From Minisyncoccota bacterium (GTDB lineage Bacteria > Patescibacteriota > Minisyncoccia > Phycocordibacterales > JABAAK01), in the NCBI GenBank assembly GCA_963668425.1, contig OY764332.1, forward strand, positions 524,336 to 588,335: DNA of 64,000 nt, given 5' to 3'. The notes beneath the pieces are model-generated. The model saw nothing but the letters and a program-made list of their open reading frames with translations. It made no database searches and was not told the origin of the DNA. Positions 59,301 to 64,000 of the stretch are shown here, piece by piece (positions within the stretch are counted from its first letter, which is position 1; every line of letters starts with the position of its first letter). The translations under genes and the position numbers were made by a program.

Positions 59301-62300
59301 TTCATCGTTTCAGGATTTGATTCTAGTGCAGCAGTAGTAGTAACCGCAACACATGCTACTGCAGATACTGTAAGGGGTTTTGGGGATACAACTGGTAACG
59401 GAGAAGTTATAGTGCCGTCAAACCTTGCCGATGGTGTGTGGACAGTAACAGCAGCAGCAAATATAAGTGGAACCATTATCTCCTCTCCTCCTATCAGCGT
59501 TACGATAGATACCGCTGCACCAGGGAAACCAGCTACCCCCACACTTGCCCAAACAAGCGATAGTGGTGTTTCAAACTCAGATGATATCACTAAGATCACT
59601 AACCCGCTTGTTGGTACCACTACTACCGGTGAAGGGTATGTATACGAATGGACTGTTAACGGTACTGTTCTTACCGGCTCTACTACATTTCATACCAATA
59701 CTGGAGTACTTGCAGGGGGAACACACACTGCATCAGTAAAAGTTACTGATGCTGCAGGAAACCAATCCGTTGCTTCAGATGACTATACCTTTACCGTTGA
59801 CACTACTGTTCCCACTATCTCCAATGTCGGATCTATTGGAACTACCTTTGACGATGCTCCTGACCTTGCCTTCACCACATCAGAAGCAGGAGTATTGGTA
59901 GCAAATAGTGGGTGTGGTATTACTGCAGCAACCGTTGCAAGTGGAGCAAATACCATCACCCTTACTACACTTACTAATGGCACCTACGGCTCTTGTACCA
60001 TTCAGATGAGTGATGTAGCAGGAAATACTTCACCTACGGCAAGTATCCCTTCCTTTACCATTGAAACAGGAGGTATCGCTATTGCTGCACTTGCCACTTC
60101 TCATGCACCTTCAAGGGAAGCTACGGCAACCGTAACAGGTTCTAGTCCTTCTGGACTCAACTGGGCACTCTTTGATCCAGGAGCAACCCCTGCAGAGACC
60201 TGTGGTAGTGGTCTTACCTTTACAAGCACCTACGTCTCAGAAACAGCAGTTACTATCGCTTCTGCTGAAGCAGACAATGGAAAGAAGGCCTGTTTCAGAG
60301 CAACCGTAAGTGGTACTACTGTATACCAAGAGACAGATACTATCGCCGGAATTGATGCTACCAACCCTTCAGCACTCCTCACCCTTCAGACACAACTAGG
60401 AAGTGGTTCAAAAACAGCATTCACCACTGCTACCTCAAACATCTTCTTCAAAGTAGGAGACAAATTCATTCTCACTGACGCAAGTACTGATGCAGGAAGT
60501 GGTATAGATACATCGACAAGAGATCTTACCCTTACCAGAGGCACACAACAACAACACACTGACGGAAGTGCTACTACTGAAACAACCACAGCTTCAGCTG
60601 GTGCATGGACCTACACCGTAGGAGCAGGAGACAACGGTATTCTCAAATATGACTATTCAATTTCAGACAGAGCAGGGAACTCTGGCAGTGCTGAACTCAC
60701 CATCACCAACCTCTTTGTTGACACCACCGCACCAACCGCCCCTGTAATAGACCTTGACGACGAAAGTGACTCAGGTTCTTCAAACGCCGACAATAACACC
60801 AATGACACCACTCCAAGCTTTACTATTACTAACCCAACAGCTCGCATCACAGGAAGTGCAATAAACAACGAAGCAGGAAAATCAGAAGAAGTCATTGAAT
60901 GGCACATGACCGTCGCAGGATCCTCAACCTTCACCAAACAAACAGGTAGTGCTACCACCTTCACTCCAGGGACAGCACTCACCGATGGGGTCTACAAAAT
61001 CAAAGCACTCTTCAAAGACAAAGCAGGAAACACCACCGAGTCAACCGTCATCACCTTCACCATAGACACCACCGCACCAGGAAAGCCAGCGGCTCCTGGG
61101 TTTTTCTTCGGCGACACGGGTATTTCAGACACAGATAACATTACCAATAACGACAGAGGAATTATTATAAGAGTTACTACTTCTGAACCGTTTCCCGCTT
61201 CTAAAGCTGAATGGACACTTAATTCTGAAGTACAACCTGTAATCGGCAGTAGTTATGTCCCATTAACACCACTCTCCGATGGAGTGTACACCATATCAGT
61301 AAAAATTACTGATACTGCAGGAAACCAATCACCTGCTTCAGATGACTTTACCTTTACCATTGATACTACTCCTCCAACTGCTCCTTCTAATACACCTTTT
61401 GATGTTTTCGGTGACACTACTCCTGATATTACCTTTGAAGCTAGCACCGGTACCAATGACATCGGAGCATACAAGGTACATGTCATCACAAACACTACCC
61501 TCACTGATAAAACTTGTCCTGCAAAAACAGTTACTACTGACACGCTTGCTGCCTTTGCAAACACCGTCACTTCTTCTGATGCTAGTGTTACCTTCACTCC
61601 AGGGACAGCACTCACCGAAGGGAAGTACTGTGTCTACATAGAACAATCTGACGTAGCAGGGAACCGAGTAATCACTCCAGGAAAAGCAATCTACATTGAC
61701 ACCACTCCAATTGATGTAAGTGGTATCGTAGTAGACCTTCTTGATGCATTTGACTCTACCCGTCCGGAGGTAACAGAAGATGGAGAAAGTGACAGCGATA
61801 GTGTATGGACACCAGGAAAAACAGATGACTATACCAAAGAGACAACCATAAGTGTAGAGGTATCAAATATTCCTGTTGAAACCATCATGGGAGAGAGGAG
61901 AAAATTTTCTGTGGTTGACGCCCATAGTGGCACTTTTTTTGTAATTGAGACCCCCACCACAGATACATTTTCTCAGACATTTACTGGTCTCACACTAACA
62001 GGGCATGCAACTGTTTCATACAAAGCAAAGAACAATGTTAGATATATAACCTTTACTGACCTTGCAGGAAATTCCTCTCGGCTTAGATATGACTTAGAGG
62101 CAGACGCAGAAACAAAAGCACCAAACACTCCTAATCTTGCAGCAACCAGTGATTCAGGAGCTTTAGATACCGATAATTACACAAACGCTGAATACCTGGA
62201 TATTGTCGTAGAGGATGATGATGGAGATACAAACAGAGAATACCCAACTATCGTACGACTCTACACCTGGGTAGACACTGCAACCAATGCAGGTGTAGTA

Positions 62301-64000
62301 GATGCATCAGAGCTTACCCCCGTACAAGTAGAAGCAAGCCCAAGTGACACCACCGACAACCTTGCAGCAACCCCTTACCTCTTGAAAGGTTCAAGTGCAG
62401 GAGCAGACGTAACCTTCCAAAACGTAGTCCTCTCAGAAGGCACCCACCTCTTAGTAGCAGGACAAATAGATAAAGCAGGTAACGATGAGGCATACTCACC
62501 AGCACTCACCATCACCGTAGACAGAACTGCACCAGATGCACCGGGGGCACCAGATTTACACCAAGATGATGACTCTCGAGGAGTGCATGCAAACAGTGCG
62601 CGTGACGGTACTGATGAGGATGACATTACCAACAATACCACAGAACTTGATTTTGCCGCGCAGGCATCAGGAACAAGCGGAGCACATGACCAGCACCAGA
62701 TACGCTTTTACCTGTGGACTAAGGCAGACGCAGCGGACACTTCGGTTGGGGATAGTGAGATCACCGAGCTCAAATCAGTTGCTGTAGATGCCGCATCTAA
62801 CATACAAACCATCAGTGATGCTGGCTACACCGCCAATGGAGAGCGTGGAGCAGCAAAGCAGCTCTACACCTCAACAGATACCGCCCTTACCGATGGTTTC
62901 CACTACTTTGTCGCAAAGCAGTATGATGTGGCAGGTAACCTCTCGGCAGTATCAGACGCGTTGCGTATATTTGTTGACACACAAGCACCAGACCCTATTA
63001 CCGTTGACCCAACCTTGCACCCAACCAGTGACTCTGGAGCATCAAACAATGACAAGCAAACCTCATCAGCAGATCTGCTTTTCACTTTTAATCCAACACC
63101 AATGTCAGGAGACATTGACTACTTTGAGGTACGAAGAAAACGACTCAATAGCGACCTATCGGACGCGGAAACCACCTTTACCTACCCGTCAGACGCAGAC
63201 ACCGTAGAGCAGACATCGTATGAGTTCCTTGCAAAAAACGCAGCCCAAAGTGCTCTTGTCGCAGAGGCAGGGAACACCTACGCAGACGGAGCTTACGCAT
63301 CTGGTGGTGCCGTGAAGATCTCCGCCATGGATATCTCACACTTTAACACCTGGTATGCCTTCAGCATCTATGCCGTTGACATCGCCGGAAACGTGCGACA
63401 AGGTTCTAACTCTACCAACGTGCGTATTTTAGTACCACCACCAACTCCCACCAAGATGGACCTGTCAGACACCAAGGACTCAGGAGTACTAGACACAGAC
63501 AACACCACCAATGAAACCTCTTGGACACTATCTGGTAGCTATCAGAACACCTCACAAGCAGAGCAAGACAATGATGCAGCAGCCGGCGTAAAAAGAATTG
63601 TCGTTAGTGTTAGCAAACTTGACAGTCAGAATCAAGCAACAGAAACCCTCACCCACACCTTTACCACAGACACTGACCAAAACTTAACCAACGACATTGC
63701 TGTACCATCTAATGCAAATGATCCCTACACCTACACCTACACCTTTGATGCCACCACCTTCACCACTCTAACGGACGGTGCTTACCTTGTCACCGCAGCA
63801 GCCTACAACAGCGCAGGAGAAACAGGAGGACAGTCAGCTTCACTGACCATCACCCTTGATAGAGTCGCACCAACACCAGAGGAGCACATCACCCTACGCA
63901 CTAAGGCCTTTACCGGATCAACCAACCAAGAATACCTCTTCTCCTACGCAAACCCATCAAACAACGAGCCAAACGCATCAATTGTTCTGGCAGACGCAGA
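56364..64000 (+). CDS. giant surface protein 3 (partial, more than 2540 aa, continues beyond the window)
   Basis: N-terminus MIRTMAVPHTKGKGLAKYILLNGVLLFILLLSTVSAQA is near-identical to giant 2. The frame stays open to the window end, so it is absent from the ORF track, which lists only closed ORFs. It has the same Ig-like repeat motifs and long blocks matching giant 2. Confidence 0.8.
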   Translation, partial: MIRTMAVPHTKGKGLAKYILLNGVLLFILLLSTVSAQAQTVDLATASDTGITSGGVASTDKITSDTTPDIVITGYSSGDTITVTATHATASDVTATITGNGTVTLGALAEGVWSITADAGGTSSNTLEITVLAELVSTMGQSDDGGVVQVGRHSGTETRKVAQKFTTGRAGYTVKEIHFDVATAYNDGGNNQNIELEIMTANGDNPGSRVGGILNGFTESSVTVGDYKYEIPSNKWVTLAPNTEYFLVFQIKFLAISTFSLQQTASNAETGLPEWSMEDACRTTVVLSQSHLFGSAGTWGNCASDATVKLGLYGNTNPSVFLKASSDTGSSNIDNITNDVTPTFTVSGLDDNELVTVTATQAGETTAIRARSGNGDITLPTLANGVWRVRAGDGTTTTPYISVTIDRTSPTAITSVSSIGTVADTTPDVTFTTPEAGVLVANSACGITAEAVTSGTNTITLTALTNGTYASCTIQMADVAGNTSPTATIPSFTITGPAIDLKSASDTGTSDTDNITNDVTPTFTVSGLDDNATVRLAASQSGETNVTGSRTGNGDVTLGTLVEGVWSVAATDGTTVITLDITVDTTAPTAITSISSIPTGTDTTPDLTFTASEAGVLVANTACGITAEAVTTGSSTITLTALAPGTYASCTIQMADVAGNTSPTATIPSFTITGPIIDLKASSDSGNSDTDNITNDDTPTFTVTGLDGGATVTVTASKSGETSVTNTRTGNGDVTLGTLVDGVWSVSASDGTTTTSSISVTIDTVAPTKPSTPTIASPSHDTGISSTDYITSNTRPVFHAAHAETVFAEHTLDSTVLPLAEYGAHAFTSASALADGVHTLSVISIDLAGNRSPASDTRSFTIDTTAPVISAVSSIGSTIDTTPDLSFTTSEAGTLVANSACGITAQAVTSGSNTITLTELSVATYASCTINMSDVAGNTGTAVSITSFTIQLGPKIVLKTASDSGSSNTDNITNHTTPIFIVSGFDSSAAVVVTATHATADTVRGFGDTTGNGEVIVPSNLADGVWTVTAAANISGTIISSPPISVTIDTAAPGKPATPTLAQTSDSGVSNSDDITKITNPLVGTTTTGEGYVYEWTVNGTVLTGSTTFHTNTGVLAGGTHTASVKVTDAAGNQSVASDDYTFTVDTTVPTISNVGSIGTTFDDAPDLAFTTSEAGVLVANSGCGITAATVASGANTITLTTLTNGTYGSCTIQMSDVAGNTSPTASIPSFTIETGGIAIAALATSHAPSREATATVTGSSPSGLNWALFDPGATPAETCGSGLTFTSTYVSETAVTIASAEADNGKKACFRATVSGTTVYQETDTIAGIDATNPSALLTLQTQLGSGSKTAFTTATSNIFFKVGDKFILTDASTDAGSGIDTSTRDLTLTRGTQQQHTDGSATTETTTASAGAWTYTVGAGDNGILKYDYSISDRAGNSGSAELTITNLFVDTTAPTAPVIDLDDESDSGSSNADNNTNDTTPSFTITNPTARITGSAINNEAGKSEEVIEWHMTVAGSSTFTKQTGSATTFTPGTALTDGVYKIKALFKDKAGNTTESTVITFTIDTTAPGKPAAPGFFFGDTGISDTDNITNNDRGIIIRVTTSEPFPASKAEWTLNSEVQPVIGSSYVPLTPLSDGVYTISVKITDTAGNQSPASDDFTFTIDTTPPTAPSNTPFDVFGDTTPDITFEASTGTNDIGAYKVHVITNTTLTDKTCPAKTVTTDTLAAFANTVTSSDASVTFTPGTALTEGKYCVYIEQSDVAGNRVITPGKAIYIDTTPIDVSGIVVDLLDAFDSTRPEVTEDGESDSDSVWTPGKTDDYTKETTISVEVSNIPVETIMGERRKFSVVDAHSGTFFVIETPTTDTFSQTFTGLTLTGHATVSYKAKNNVRYITFTDLAGNSSRLRYDLEADAETKAPNTPNLAATSDSGALDTDNYTNAEYLDIVVEDDDGDTNREYPTIVRLYTWVDTATNAGVVDASELTPVQVEASPSDTTDNLAATPYLLKGSSAGADVTFQNVVLSEGTHLLVAGQIDKAGNDEAYSPALTITVDRTAPDAPGAPDLHQDDDSRGVHANSARDGTDEDDITNNTTELDFAAQASGTSGAHDQHQIRFYLWTKADAADTSVGDSEITELKSVAVDAASNIQTISDAGYTANGERGAAKQLYTSTDTALTDGFHYFVAKQYDVAGNLSAVSDALRIFVDTQAPDPITVDPTLHPTSDSGASNNDKQTSSADLLFTFNPTPMSGDIDYFEVRRKRLNSDLSDAETTFTYPSDADTVEQTSYEFLAKNAAQSALVAEAGNTYADGAYASGGAVKISAMDISHFNTWYAFSIYAVDIAGNVRQGSNSTNVRILVPPPTPTKMDLSDTKDSGVLDTDNTTNETSWTLSGSYQNTSQAEQDNDAAAGVKRIVVSVSKLDSQNQATETLTHTFTTDTDQNLTNDIAVPSNANDPYTYTYTFDATTFTTLTDGAYLVTAAAYNSAGETGGQSASLTITLDRVAPTPEEHITLRTKAFTGSTNQEYLFSYANPSNNEPNASIVLADA
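60061..61100. repeat. about 1-kb block near-identical to 46567-47600 of giant gene 2
   Basis: Begins ttgaaacaggaggtatcgctattgctgcacttgccacttctcatgcacc in both; the protein segment is IETGGIAIAALATSHAPSREATATVTGSSPSGLNWALFDPGATPAETCGSGLTF. Confidence 0.75.
62100..64000. repeat. third copy of the shared 3' block (collinear with 48641-50540 and with 32383-33870)
   Basis: cagacgcagaaacaaaagcaccaaacactcctaatcttgcagcaac and downstream sequence are shared; the ORF-track by-product ORFs 62788-63207 equal 49328-49747. Confidence 0.75.

Noticed and set aside
27397-63115. Dozens of 60-220-aa ORFs inside and antisense to the giant genes, including identical pairs at 33722/50396 and 32654/49328/62788
   Set aside because: They are out-of-frame or antisense read-throughs of Thr/Ser/Ala-rich repeats with low-complexity composition. 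Their duplication just mirrors the segmental duplication.

Overview
This window looks like a small-genome, CPR/Patescibacteria-like bacterium, and the lineage assignment is inference. Supporting signals are a compact 617-aa AlaRS with no C-Ala domain, a short HolB-like clamp-loader subunit, several genes with a TATACT-type -10 box directly upstream of the ATG and no Shine-Dalgarno, and standard TGA stops.

The first 26 kb is a mostly housekeeping backbone. It carries tRNA-Met(CAT), rplJ-rplL, an HtrA protease, AlaRS, a ParA/MinD-type ATPase, gapA-rpiB-rpe, and a K+-channel-like protein. Interspersed are small secreted or lipoprotein genes, two paralog pairs, and two short repeat-bounded cassettes.

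From 26.6 kb to the window end (about 37 kb, 58% of the window) three co-oriented giant genes dominate. They encode 3611 aa, 4888 aa, and more than 2540 aa (the last runs off the window). Each has an N-terminal signal peptide or TM anchor, dozens of tandem Ig-like repeats with a reiterated DTTAP / SSDSGSSDTDNITNDNTPTFTVSG motif, one to three copies of a non-Ig N-terminal module, and two or three C-terminal peptidoglycan-binding (PG_binding_1-like) domains in the two complete genes. The three genes share kb-scale near-identical blocks, duplicated promoter and signal-peptide regions, and flanking GT-rich repeats. This is the architecture of a recombining, mosaic surface-adhesin locus, and it is the best candidate here for a novel system.

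Two small modules sit between the giant genes. One is a methylase pseudogene, an intact beta-class SPPY DNA methyltransferase, and an overlapping endonuclease-VII-family HNH nuclease. The other is a PurR-like HTH-phosphoribosyltransferase regulator preceded by three 105-bp tandem repeats that each carry a perfect 8-bp palindrome.

Other points worth a second look are a tRNA-Met with a 32-bp direct repeat of its 3' end 2 kb downstream, a duplicated bidirectional-terminator cassette around small peptide genes, and a promoter-to-terminator ncRNA or leader candidate upstream of a small membrane-peptide operon.
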